DNA of 64,000 bases from the NCBI GenBank assembly GCA_028534125.1, contig CM052829.1, positions 3,782,001-3,846,000 of the forward strand. Direction: 5' to 3'. Within the stretch, counting starts at the first letter, position 1, and the number at the start of each line of letters is the position of its first letter. This document shows, one piece after another, positions 1 through 12,479 of the stretch. The DNA is from Lama glama (Eukaryota). A model generated the notes under the pieces. It did no database searches. It saw only the letters and a list, made by a program, of their open reading frames with translations, and had not been told where the DNA came from. Position numbers and translations under genes: made by a program.

Positions 1-608
1 CTTTCAGGTGTTGGGTTTCCCTGGGGAGTAATGTTTCGTGTTAAACTGTGTAAGGTGGTTTGGGATGAAAAAGGTATTTTAGAGACAAAACAAAATTTTC
101 ACAGTATGAGATGCTTAACTGTGACAAAATAATCCTTTTTCAAATGTTTGTAACTTGAGTTCAACAACTGGTTTGAAACTTTAAATTTTGAAGGTTGGTA
201 TTCCTTGTACACAAGTCAATACAGTCATAAAATCTTGAAATGAAAAAAAAGAAAACGAAGACACTATTTAGTTCAAAGACTTCATTTTGTGGATGAAGAA
301 ACCAAAACACTGAAAGTTTAATAACTTGTCACAGTAAGACACTCGCATTAGGTGCTGAAACAATGTTTTGGCTATGTAACCGTCCACTTGATGAGGCAGA
401 GGAAAGAGAAGCAGGTGTAGCTGAGTAGATTATAGTTGAGTCACTTCTACTGAGAGAATTTGGAGCCCTAGCTTTTTGTGCAAGCTTCTTATTTCATCCA
501 TTGCCCCCCCACTCTGCTCATCACACCAAGCCTCTAATTTCCTGATGGATTGGCCTGAAGGAACACACTCTGAAATCCCCATTCCTATGTTCTAACAATG
601 GTCTAGGG

Positions 609-927
609 CAAGGCTTGGTAAGCTTTCTGAAAAGGGCCAGGAAGGAATGCTTGTAGGTCCTGGTGGATCATATATTTTCCATCATAATTACTCCGCTCTG
701 CTGTTACAACATGAAGGGAGGCACAAATAGCACATCAACAAATGGGCGTCAATATAACTTTACTTATGGGCATTGAAATTTGAATCCTACATCATTTTTA
801 CGTGTAATGAGTTATTCTTTTGATTTTTTTCAACTATTAAAAAGTGTAAAAAACATTCTTAGCTTTTGGCTGTACCAACAAAGACGGTGTCAGGATTTGG
901 GCCATGGCTGTAGTCTGCTGACTCCTA
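609..927 (+). mobile_element. MER58B (hAT-Charlie non-autonomous DNA transposon)
   Basis: Matches the remembered consensus along its length (AAAGGGCCAG...GAAATTTGAAT...CATTCTTAGC...GGATTTGG...TAGTYTGCYGAC). Degenerate 8-bp TSD GTCTAGGG/TTCTAGGA of the NTCTAGAN type. Confidence 0.85.
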
Positions 928-1719
928 TTCTAGGAGATAGTGATTGTCATGTTGATAAAAATTAAAATGATCGTGATTCAGAAAGAGAATAGAAAGTGCA
1001 AAGAATACTTTGAAGGTGGATGTAAATCCAGGAGAGACAGTGCTAGCTAAGAGAAGTCCCAGATTCCTCTTGTGAAGGATTTCCACGTCCTACAACTGGG
1101 TGGGCAAATACGGCCCAGAACACCTGCTGTAGCTCTTCCTCCACAGAGGCCAACTCCAAGAGAGCCTTCCTTGAGGCACTCAAACAACTGTTTGCAAAAT
1201 GGGTATGCCTTTGATGAGTGAGGGCAACAAGCAGAGGAAAAGCTAAGTCTATTAGATTTTCCTTGTCTCTTCCGTGTCAAGGTGAGAAGGGGCATAATGC
1301 GCAACTGCGAACAGACATTGAGCGAAGAAGAAACATTTGAATTTTCAAAAGAAAAGCTGAGGGAGGCAGAGGGAGGTGTCCACCCTGATCACTAGGCTGA
1401 GCCCTGAGACACGTTAAAGGAACATCACAGTGGAATTGGCACAGACCACAGTTATATCTCAAGAGATAAAATACATTTTCATGCAATTCAAAGGAAGAGA
1501 TTAATTAGAGCAAGCTATTAATATTTAAGAGTTCCAGCTCTGTTCGAGTTATAAACTTCATGGTTCACCACTTAAGAGATGGGAACTGGGGAAAGGCAGG
1601 TGCTGCGAGTGCTGAATTCAATTTCCTAAATTCCATTTCCTTCCCAACTTGAAAATTTCTCAAGTGCTGCACACCCTAATAGAACTTTTAACCATCTCTG
1701 GTTTTGTCAGAAAATGTTC

Positions 1720-1851
1720 NNNNNNNNNNNNNNNNNNNNNNNNNNNNNNNNNNNNNNNNNNNNNNNNNNNNNNNNNNNNNNNNNNNNNNNNNNNNNNNNN
1801 NNNNNNNNNNNNNNNNNNNNNNNNNNNNNNNNNNNNNNNNNNNNNNNNNNN
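1720..1851. other. Assembly gap (N run)
   Basis: Run of N. Confidence 1.
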
Positions 1852-1912
1852 TTAAACGCCAGTGTTGCACAAGATATCTCTGTGTGCTATTGACTTCCAC
1901 CAAGCTATAGCT

Positions 1913-1944
1913 ATGTATGTGTGTGTGTGTGTGTATATATATAT
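1913..1944. repeat. (TG)n(TA)n microsatellite
   Basis: Seen directly. Confidence 0.9.
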
Positions 1945-3449
1945 TCAAAATCATGTTTAATTTTCTGTTGCTACACGCATTGTAGATGTACAGAGAGAAT
2001 GTGGAAATACGGCACACGTGAATAGTGTCTTCATGTGAGTCACATCAGTTAGCCAAATCTTTCTTTTTTTAATTTAAAAGTCTCTAGATGATCATTTTCT
2101 CTACAATTAATTATTTAATAGTGACAAGTAGAGTTTCCCAAATGATCATAGAAATCTTAAAGATGGATAAAAACAGGTCTGTTCACATTGCTTAAATACT
2201 TTAATACTTTGATGGTGGTCTAATTAAATGCTTATTGTAACCTCTCTAACATTATATTTACACATGCTGTCTACTGGAGAAAAAAGTCAGAGTGAAACAG
2301 CAAAATCTCAATGATTGGAAAGAAGCCTCCTCTTTATTTTGGACAAAAAAAAAAAAAAAGAAACACACACTCTGTTTTGTAATCCCTTCAAAATAGTGCA
2401 ATGTTCTTGTCACATAAAAATATAATATATATTTTGGGGACTGGTTGAAGCATTGTAATTCTTAGCTAAGCTCTTCAGCAATATTATTTGAGTGTAGATT
2501 TCTCCTTAACGGAGGTCGTAACATGGTTAAATGCCCATGCTGCTTGGAAGAAAACATCAACGTAGAGATCGCTTGGTTTATTTCAACATGTACTGTTCTC
2601 ACCACGTACCTATATCTTAAAACAATACCTTTTAATCAGTATTCATGTGTGAAACTAACTAGAGTCTATACAGTTAAAGAGATTTTTCTCATAAGGAAAA
2701 TCTTTGATAGTTTCACAGAAACAGTTATTCAATTTAATGTATTCATTATAGAAAACTATTACATTCATTGAAAAAGGTAGCAGCAATTGAACAAAAAATA
2801 GTTTTTAAATTTAATTCTAAATATTTGAACTTACAAGACGTGGAAAAAGGCTAATCTTGCAGTGACAGTGAAACAATATCTCAAAGATTACTTGACATTT
2901 AAATTTGTTATAAATGCAGAAATTCGCCAAATACATAAAAGGAAAACTCAGAACCAATTTCAACATTCTAGTGAAGGTCCAATTTAGATGAACTGATTAT
3001 TTAAATGGAATAGACACATTAAAGAATTGTATTTCTACAGGTACTTTTTAGCCTTTATAGTTACAGCTTAATGTAGCTGATTTGCTAGACTTGATAAATA
3101 CAGGTTTATCTGGAAAAATTGTCAGGTAGGGGATGTTCTCTTTTACCCACAGGGCAACTAAGAATTGATACATAGGTTTTCTGGTGTACAATTACCAAGA
3201 AGGACTTTATTCATATTAGTGTTTGGAATATGTAAATATCCCACTTCTACCATTTACATGCTTGACTCACTCTGCTCTGGAACAAATTTATTAAAGCTGC
3301 AGAAGTGTATGACTCTCCGTTGGCCGTTAGTGTACTTCAAAGAATATAAAGTAGTAATTTTAAGGTAAATCAGATTAGATAACAGATAATGAATATATAG
3401 GATGTGTGTGTTCAAAATAAATACGTATGAATTTCAACTTTTGACTCAG

Positions 3450-5060
3450 AGGTAGTAAGATGATTCCGAATTAGCCTTCCATCATTAACATATGGAAACT
3501 AAGCAAAATACAGGGACAACTATTTTCAGATGTGACTGAACAGGCAACTCTGACTGTGGTCCCTGGGAGAAAGGAAATATGACTCAGGCTTTTGGTGCCA
3601 AGAAGTAGTTTCCAAAATGTAACAGAGGGAGAAGGACTCCAAACGGAGCCTGGCCATTTTACAGATGTGAGAAGACAGAAATTAGAGTTTGAGGAGACTG
3701 AGAGTCTACAAGCTTTGAGGCAAATTTCAGAAAGAAAGAGTTATGTAGAGGAAGATATCTAGAAATCTGTATAATGGCCTGAGTGAGTCTTTGGCTGAAT
3801 ATCAATCTGTGCAGGTGTAGCGTAAAGCTTCACAGTGCTGGACAAGAACAACTCCTGAGATTTAAAAAAAAAAAAAAAGAAGTTGCTAGAGAGCTGTAAT
3901 AAGAACAATTTTCAAAGCCTGCAGACAGTTAGCAATCATGAGAATTCTCTCTTGCAGATCCATACATTTATATGGAATGCAAAGCACCAACAATATATTA
4001 GATAAACTTGAAGAAGGAAAACAAAATTGGTATCTTGATATAAAACATGGTATTTGGTATCAGATATCAAAGCAATAATCAAGACAGTATTGTACTGATG
4101 CAATGATAGATAAATAAACCAACACAACATAAGAGGAAATCCAGAAAGAGCTCATACTCTTGAATTTTGACAAAGGTGAAACTAGAGTGAAATTTGGAAG
4201 GCATGGCTTTTTAGTAAGCTTTTCTGGAACCCTTGTACAGCCCTATAAAATGAATCTTAATCCCTGCCTCACACGACACACTCAGTCAATTCCAGAATGA
4301 TTGTACATCTAATACACATAAAAAAGGAAAGCATCATAGCTCCTAAAATGTTTGTTTTTTTTCCTAGAATGATAGTATATTTATGTGAGTTTGGGATAGG
4401 CAAACTTTTCTTAAAGAGGACAAAATATACCTAGTGCAAAAGGGGAAAAAAGATTATTTAGACTACACTAAAATTAAGAATGCTCATCCAAATACAGCTC
4501 TCAAAGAGTACACTGATGAGACACAAACTGTGAGGAGGTATCTGTGATATACAGATTCAGCAAAGAGCGTGTGCCCAGAATATGTAAAGACTGCTCTCAA
4601 AAAGAGAAAGATAGCCGACCCAGAATAAAAAATCTGCAAAATACTTAGCCACTTCATAAAAGGGTATATTAAATGATCAAGAAGCATTGTCCTTATTAGT
4701 CAATAGGACAATGAAAATGAAAACCATATGATACAACCATTTAAAGAGAACAGACTTGTTAAACAGAAAAGGACAGAAAATACCAGGCGGTGACTAGGAT
4801 ATGGAACAACTGAAACCCTCATGCACCGGTGGTAGAGGTGTAAATACAATAACTGCTTTGGGTCTCTGGCAAGATCTACTACAGCAGCATTCACGGACCT
4901 CGTTATCAATTCCACTTCTGTGATATATAGTAAAAAGAATGAGTATATGCGATTCCTTGTTCACAGCAACACAAGTCGTGATAACAAAAATAGTGTAAGT
5001 AATGCAAATGTCCATCAGCCATAGAATTTCTAAACATGTATGATATATCATACAGTAAAA
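3450..5060 (+). mobile_element. Old L1 (L1M-type) fragments: 5' region, ORF2 end and 3' region
   Basis: A-rich; motifs such as AAAGCAATAATCAAGACAGTATTGTACTG, ATGAAAACCATATGATAC, GGATATGGAACAACTGAAACCCTC. Confidence 0.75.
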
Positions 5061-5635
5061 TGCTTAACTTGGGGCTTGGTTCTAATATATAACAATTCCT
5101 TGAACTTGTGTAATTTATTTAAACTCTCTAAGTATCAATGTCATATCTGTAAAATAGTCACCATATTTGGCTGGATCATTGAAATTAAAAAAGACAGTAT
5201 GCACAAGACACCTGGAACACAGCACAGCTGGAGCAGAGCACCATTGTTGGCTTCCCTCCTGCAGTTCTCCCAGCAACCCTTCTAATTTTGTTTCCTTGAC
5301 CACATGTCTCTCTTTCCTTTTGCCTCCATTCTGGTTAACTTAGTAGAAGAAATCATAGTTTGCATTTTTAATTCAAACACTTAAAATCTTTTCTACAGAT
5401 TTGTATATGATTTGTTTGTGTTTATTTTCTTTCTGTTTTGCCTTACAAGATCACCCCCACTCTTCAAATCCCTGCTCTTTTTTTCTCTTCAGAGCCCTCC
5501 TGTCATTTGCTGCCATTGCTTCTGTTCAGATGTAACAGTGAATTTCAATTGTGACACCTACTTCCTTATTCTTGACCATTTTATTAATAACCTTGATGCT
5601 GGTGAGTAGGAGGAGAAGATGTTAGATGAACATAC

Positions 5636-5828
5636 CAGAAGACTGAAATCTTTTCTTCAAATATGCATCATAAAAGACATATGAGAGAAGATTCCTTCAC
5701 ATTAACCCTCCCACTCCTCCTCCTTAAGTGTTGCTCACGTTAATCTGCTAATAATAACAGTGTCTGGAGAAACCTATTAGCAGCGGACAGTTCAGTGAGG
5801 AGTTTCACTTATGACCAGAGAAAATGGA
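5636..5828 (-). pseudogene. Putative fossil exon
   Basis: Acceptor CCATTTTTACAG and donor CTG|GTATGT; fragments VKLLTELSAANRFLQTLLLLAD* and RNLLSYVFYDAYLKKRFQSS. Confidence 0.45.
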
Positions 5829-6048
5829 CTGTAAAAATGGAATTGACATTTTGCCACAAAATTCCATAGTTTAAGGATTTTTTAAAATAAGAATAAAAAA
5901 GTTTAAAAAAACCTGCACATTTACTTTTTCTTAGAATTTAACTATGTATACAAGAAAAAGTAGTAACTTACATGAATTTAGCAAAATTGCAATCATTGGT
6001 GCCCTCATTTTTTACCATAGCACTAGTCGCCTCCAAAGAGTCACTTAC

Positions 6049-6090
6049 CCGGAACAGCTCACACACACAAGTGTCACATATCACTGGGGT
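6049..6090 (-). pseudogene. Putative fossil micro-exon, 42 nt, open (TPVICDTCVCELFR)
   Basis: Acceptor CTTATCCTAG and donor CGG|GTAAGT; phase 0-0. Confidence 0.45.
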
Positions 6091-6134
6091 CTAGGATAAG
6101 CTGGTGCTAGGTTATGACTTTGTTTCCATGACTT

Positions 6135-7920
6135 TTTTTTCTTTTTATAATTTTATTCAAGTATAATAGATACACAATCAATGGAACATATTTAAGTGGA
6201 CAATTTGATGAGTTTTGCCATATATATACACTTCTGAAACCATCCCACTGAAGATAAACATCTTCATTACCTTCAAAGTTTTCTCTTGTCCCTTCGTGAT
6301 CCCCCCCCCACTAACCCTCCCTGCCCCACATGCATGTAGCCGCTGGTCCACCACCTGTCCTTACAGATTGGTTTGCATTTTCTACAGGTTTCTACAAATG
6401 GAGTCCTCCAATATGCACTATTTTTCGTCTGGGTTCTTTCACTTAGCATAATTATTTGAGTTTCATCTGTATTCTTGCATGGGTCAATAGTTCATTCCTT
6501 TCTTATCACTGAGTGCTTATTCCATTTTGTGGATTACCAAAATTGGTTTTCCATTCATCTGTGTATGGACATTTGGTTTTTTCCTATTTTTGGCTATTAT
6601 GAATAAAGGTACTATGAACATTCTTGTACCAATCTTTGGACGTGTATTTCGGTTCTCTTGGGTAAAAATTTAGAGCAAAATTTTTGGATTGTATGATAGG
6701 TACATTGTTAGCTTTTTAAGAAACTATCGAACTGTTTCTCAACATGGCTGTATCGTTTTAATTCTCCCCAAAGATCTACATCTTTGTCAGCACTTGGTGT
6801 GTCCAGTCTTTTAGTTTTAGCCGTTCAGTGGATATTTAATGATATCTCAATATTTTAATGTGCATTTCCCTAAAGATCAGTGATGTTGAGAAACTTTTCA
6901 TGTATGTGTTGTTATGCCATCTGTAAATATTCTTCTATGAAGTATGTATTCAAACTTTAACCCGTTTTTCTTTGTTATTTTTAAATTTGTTTTTTTTCCA
7001 AAAAAAATAATTCCATTGAAAACATTATAGCAAATAGTGTATCGATGACATGATAATGGCTCCTGTAATCAGAAGTCATAGTAGTAGAAGTGTAACTTCA
7101 CAAAAGCCAATGGACTACAGTTTCTTCAGAGTGTTACATTGAGTAATCTTTCAAATTTAAATTTTCAATAGAGAAAAATGTATGTCAGGTTATTTGGCAA
7201 TGCAGTTAGCTTAGCTTGCATTTTAATATTTTCTTTTTTTTTACTTCTTACTCTCCTTTCTGGTCCACTCAAATCTAGTTCTATTGTCATGAGTCCTATT
7301 TGGGACTTAGATATTTCATAAATTACATTATATTCTTAGTTTACCTTTTTGCATAAACATGTTTATTTTGGAACAATTTTAGGTTTACAGAAAAGTTGCA
7401 AAGATAATACAGGGAATTCCCATACAGCCCTAGCCCAGCTTCCCCTATCGGTGTATGTTACTTCTCAAAACTAAAAGAAAAAACAATGTTGATACACTGC
7501 CAATAACCAGACTTCAGACTTCTTTTGAATTTTGTCAGTTTTCCCTTTTTTCCTTACCTCTTTTTCCTTTTTCAGTATTAAATCCAGGCTATCACATTGC
7601 ATTTAACAACACGTGTCCTTAACTTCTTCTGGTCTGTCATAGTTTTTCAGTCTTTTCTTTCATGACCCTGACAGTCTCAAGGAATCCTCACCAGGTATTT
7701 TATAAAATGTGTATCAATTGTGGTTTTGTTTGATGTTTTCGTCATGACTAGACTGGGGTTACAGGCTTTAGGGACAGACACCGCTGAAGTGCCATCCTCA
7801 TCATGTTCTGTCGGAGGTGCATAGTATCAACTTGAGTATAACCTTACTCACGTAAGGTAATAGTTAAGCCAAATTTCTCTTCTATGAAATTGCTATTAAA
7901 CAAATCATTAAGTCCAGCTC
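6135..7920 (-). mobile_element. Old L1 3' fragments (L1MB/L1MC-like), antisense
   Basis: T-rich; TTTCACTTAGCATAAT, CATTCATCTGTGTATGGACATTTGG, TTTTAGGTTTACAGAAAAGTTGCAAAGATA. Confidence 0.75.
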
Positions 7921-7949
7921 ATTCAAAGTGAGGTTTTCACATTTTAACA

Positions 7950-8500
7950 TTAGGTTGTTTAACAGTGTTTCCTGATGCATAATAAATGGCCAGAATTTGA
8001 ATGGCTTAAAACAACACAAGTTTATTGTCTCAGTTTTCAGGGCTCAAGAGTCTGAGTGTGCCTAAGCCAAGCCCTGTGCTCTTAATAGATGCATAAGACT
8101 GAAATCAAGGTGTCTTCAGGGCTGTGGAATCATTTAGAATGCGGTGCCTCTTCCAAGCCGGTTCAGTTGGTTGGCAGAACTCAGTTCATGGTGGTTGTAG
8201 GACTGATATCCCACATTCTTGCTGGCTGTTGGCCAGAGATTTCCCTCAGCTCTAAAGTTACCCTCCACACCTCGCTCCATGTCCCCTCCATAGGCCACAC
8301 ACAACGTGGTTGTCTGTTTTCTTCCAGGAGAGCAGACCTCCCTCTCCTGCAATTTAGGTCGCGCAGGATAATCTCCCATGTGGATTAACTCAAAGTCAGC
8401 CAGTTAGTAACTTAATGATGAGCGTGAAATCCACCATATCTAGAGGTTCTGCCTACACTCAGAGGGGAATGTGCAGAGAGTGTGCACCACAGAGGAGTGG
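7950..8500 (-). mobile_element. MLT1 (ERVL-MaLR) solo LTR
   Basis: GGCTTAAAACAACACAAGTTTATTGTCTCAG...GAAATCAAGGTGTC...GTTGGCAGAACTCAGTTC hallmarks. Confidence 0.75.
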
Positions 8501-8529
8501 GCAAGTCTGTTCAGTCATATTATTATGCT

Positions 8530-10500
8530 TCTTATAACAGGTTGTCTTCTTATTTTAAGTTATAAGGCTCTTTATTTATTCCAGATACAAATCCTTCATC
8601 AGATACGTGTTTTGAAAATATTTTCTCCCAGTCTGAGGCTTGCATTTTTATTTCTGTAACAATGTCTTTTGAAGAGCAAGAATGTTTGCCTTCTCCAAAG
8701 TTATTAAAATTTTCTGTTTTCTCCCAGAAATTCCAAATGCCAAGGCAATTAAACAAGGAAAGGAAAAAATCTTTCAACGAATGATGCTACAAAAAAATGG
8801 ACACTAGTTACAAAAAAGAGAACTCATACTTTACCATACAGTTTTTATAAAATTTAATTCAAAATTAACTATAGAGTGAAATGCAAAACATAAAACGTTG
8901 ACTTCTTTATTGATAATATGAACATTATTTGTGATGAGCTGGATACAAAATATAACAACCATTTTTGTTATACTTTCTACCACAATAAAAATCCTCACTC
9001 TTTTAATAACAATTTCGTAGCAAATAATTACTCAGGGCCAACTCTGTGCCAAATATTGAAAGGAGAACATTGAGGGAAAATAAACAATGTGTTCAGTTTA
9101 AGCTTAAAGTTTAGGGAAGAGACAAATATTCATCAAATCATCAGACAGGTAAGTATAATAACTGAAGATAAACCTGTTAAAATTGCATATGCACTTGCCC
9201 TTTGACATAACAATCTCAGGAATGCCCTCAAAGACACACTGGCCATAACCAGAATTTCCCCCTTCCGCTTCCAGGTTGAATTAATATTCCAGCAGATAAC
9301 AACTATAAAAATTGACAGAATTTTTAAAAATAATGTGAGAGGACTAAAGGGTGAGCAGAAGTAACCAGACATCAAACATCAGAATGAGATCTCGCTATCT
9401 ATTGCACCCACAGAACACAGCACTGCGGCTGCCACTGCCGACTTCGCCAGCCTCCTCTTTATAAGCAGCCGTGGTGTTTTTCCTTCCATCTTTGACTATA
9501 ACAACAACAAAAATGCTGTAATGAACAGCCTTGTGCTTATGTCATTTGATATGTTTGCCAGAAAATCTTTAAGGGAAATTACTTAACGATTCACCAGTAA
9601 GTATAATGTTAGTTATGTGGCTTTCTTTTATATGACATTCACCAGGTGAAGGAAGTTCCTTCTACTCCCAGTTTGTTGAGAGCTTATATCAGTTGTGAAT
9701 GTTTAATTTTATCAAGTGTTTTTTAATGCATCAATTAAGAAGAAAAGCTCTAAAAGTATTATTGAAATTTTAATGTGAGCTGAAAACCAGATAACGACCT
9801 AATTACAATTTTGATCATTAAATTGTAGTTATATAAGAATGTTCTTGTTCTTAACTATTGTACATGGGCATATTTGGGGTTAAGTCAATGCAATGCGTAT
9901 AAATCTTAAATTTCATTCAGCTGTCTTCATTCTGTACTAATATTAGCATTGCTATTCTTGGAATGATTATTTTATGATAAAACAAGTACATAATTTGATA
10001 ATACTAGTAGAAATAAAAGTTTACAAGGTACTATAAATAGATAAAAATATAAAATCAAAGAAGTAAGTAGAAATCTCATAATTGAATTGGAGAAACTAGT
10101 ATGAACTCATGAATTGTCTGTTATTAAAATATGTACTGAAAAGGCATAAAAGCAGTGACAACTCAGCAGACAGTCTGGCACTGAGACCGTGGTCTCTAAA
10201 TGATGTTTTCCATTAGAAGGAACCAGCAGTATTTAAAGGAATGGCTGACTTCTTGTCTGAGGAAACTGCAGGGTAAGCGTGGACATCACTTTCTTTGAAA
10301 AACAGAAAGGGGTGAGTGAGTAATGAGATTATGTCGAAGAACAAAGGGAGAAAACCTAGAGACACTGACTCCGAGTGGCTGAAGCTGAGACAATTTGAGT
10401 ATTAAAAGTGCTCCCTATCGCATGCTGTTGGGGCGGTAACTCACTCTTCTGGAAAACTGATAAAGGGAAATAATCAAGCATTTCACCCTGCTTTCCAGTA
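8530..10500. mobile_element. Mixed old L1 fragments in both orientations
   Basis: L1 ORF2-end motifs (ATATTTTCTCCCAGTCTG) and an L1MC/MD-like 3' UTR (CCGTGGTCTCTAAAT...AGGAACCAG). Confidence 0.6.
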
Positions 10501-10579
10501 AGACTGTTTTCAGGATGACCAATGTATATGAAGACTTTGTTTTTCTTTACGGAAACTAAAACTGAAAATTGAAAAGCTT

Positions 10580-11180
10580 CCGCGCAGCAAGTGAAGCCGT
10601 GCCGGGGCCCCCGCGAGCCCTGCTGCGGGCGGGCCGCGCGGGCCTGAGCAGGAGGCCGCCGCGCCCCGGGCCGCCTGCTGCGCCGTCGGGCGCGGGCTTT
10701 GAACTCGAACCCGCCCGAGCGGAGGCTGTGGGCTCCCTCCTCGCCCCCCTCAGCCTCCCAGGCGCTACACAGAAAAGGCCAAAGGCCACCTTCTCTCCCG
10801 GCTTCCGCGTCTGTCCGCGGAAGCCAGAGCTGCTTCTGTAAGGACGTTGGAGGCAATGGTTGGTCTGGATGGTTAGAGGCGAGCCGGCACGGGCTCGCCG
10901 AAGCCGAGGGCCGCGGGACCTTCCGGGGACGGGGAAGGGCGCAGGCGGCCGACGGGGCCGCTCCCAGGCCGGCCGGGCGCGCGCCACGCGGCGGACGCGG
11001 CGAGGAGCAGGCGCGCGGGGCGCTGCGTGACGGCGTGGGACGGCGGTGAGGGCCGCGAGCAACACTGACCCCTGCCGCTGCCGAGCGATGTTCCATTAGA
11101 AGACAATGCCTCGACCGCAGCAACAAAAGAAGTCTTCCTTCGATTGTCCGCGCAGGGGGTTAGGACCAAGGGCCGCGAGG
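10580..11180. promoter_or_regulatory. CpG island, promoter-like
   Basis: Very GC- and CpG-rich; GC boxes, inverted CGGAAG ETS cores (10800-10825) and a CGTGAC CRE-like half site. Confidence 0.8.
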
Positions 11181-12479
11181 AAGGAGATTCCTGTGTCTTT
11201 CAAGCTGAGATAAACAGAACACTGGAGGCCTGTGCACTGTTAGTAACTATTAATCAGAAAAGAGGAGTCTGCGATCCGGGACGTTCGGGAAACTCTGGCC
11301 AAAGAGAACAGGGACTTCACGGATTCTGTGATGTGCTGACGTGCGTGATGACTCTCCAAGAGTGTGGTGTTTCCCAAACTCATTTACCTTGAGGCTATCT
11401 TTTCAGAACACCCATTAGCATCTCATTGGGCATCTGTGGTCTGTGCCACTCAGTCGGAGAAGCATTAGTGTAGGGCCGCTTACATTTCAGTGGGAGCTGA
11501 GAAGTAAGCCTGGGGAGAATGGCTTGACTCCTCTGGAGACTTCCAAAGGAGCGGAGCTAAAGCAGAGAAAGGCCCGTGTGTGGACTCAGGCGGGGCCCTA
11601 GCTGGAAAAATCCCCCCCTGGCATAGATTGCTTCCAGCTGGTTGTAACTGACAACAAAGTGTAGGAACATTTGCACCGGGTGCCTAGGCATCTCCTGATC
11701 TGCAGGGAGCGAGGATACCCTGTGGTGAAGCCCTTGCACTCTGTTTGACAGACGGGGATGAGAACAGGAAGCCAAGGAGGCAGCTAGAAACAAGGGGACA
11801 CTAAGATGTGTGAGAGGCCATCAGAGAGAGTGTGCCGTGCTTCAGAGAACTCTCCTGCAGATGAGAGGCTCTGGGGCTGGCCCCTTCCTCCACCATCTGG
11901 CATTCCCTTTAGCTGTAGGAAGAAAGCACCATGGAATGAGTGGGGGGAGGTAAGAAGCAAACCAGGACCCAAAGAGATTTGTCAGAACCCTCAAGCAATG
12001 ATAATTTCTTATGGTCTGGAGAGAGAAGAGACTCGGGATTCAGGAGGCAGGAACCATGGAAATTTGCAGAAGAGTAGCTTCTCATGGATGGAGGGGGCAT
12101 CAGATGTCTGCTGGACAGAACTCACATAAAATTGTTCAAGAAGTGAGTCAAAGCTTGGTTACTGGCCCCAGCCAACACACAGATATGAGTAACGGCAGAA
12201 GAGGCTGACAAGGGTCGAGACACCAGACAGACACAGGCAGGGGCTCCTGATGAATGTGAGCATGCATGGCCATCACAATGTACACACCCATTTGAAGAGA
12301 TGGGTTCGGACCCCGGAAGTGCTGAAGCTCAGGAGATCTGCAGAATCCCCACCGAAGGTGTTTAGAAAGGACTGGGTTTCGGGCACAAGCAAATGGAGAT
12401 GCAGATGTTTGGAGAGTATTGAATTGTCACCCATGTAGCTGCTGCCATATTTGTTATTCCTGGAGAGGGAAACCTTCAA

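Noticed and set aside
1147-1380. Plus-strand two-exon peptide (EANSKRAFLEALKQLFAKW / VRRGIMRNCEQTLSEEETFEF)
   Set aside because: Isolated, with no start or continuation and no family I recognise; probably the antisense shadow of a minus-strand fossil exon.
10356-11169. 256-aa, 169-aa and other overlapping ORFs
   Set aside because: Arg/Ala/Pro/Gly-rich ORFs open on both strands because the CpG island is depleted of stop codons; no recognisable domain.
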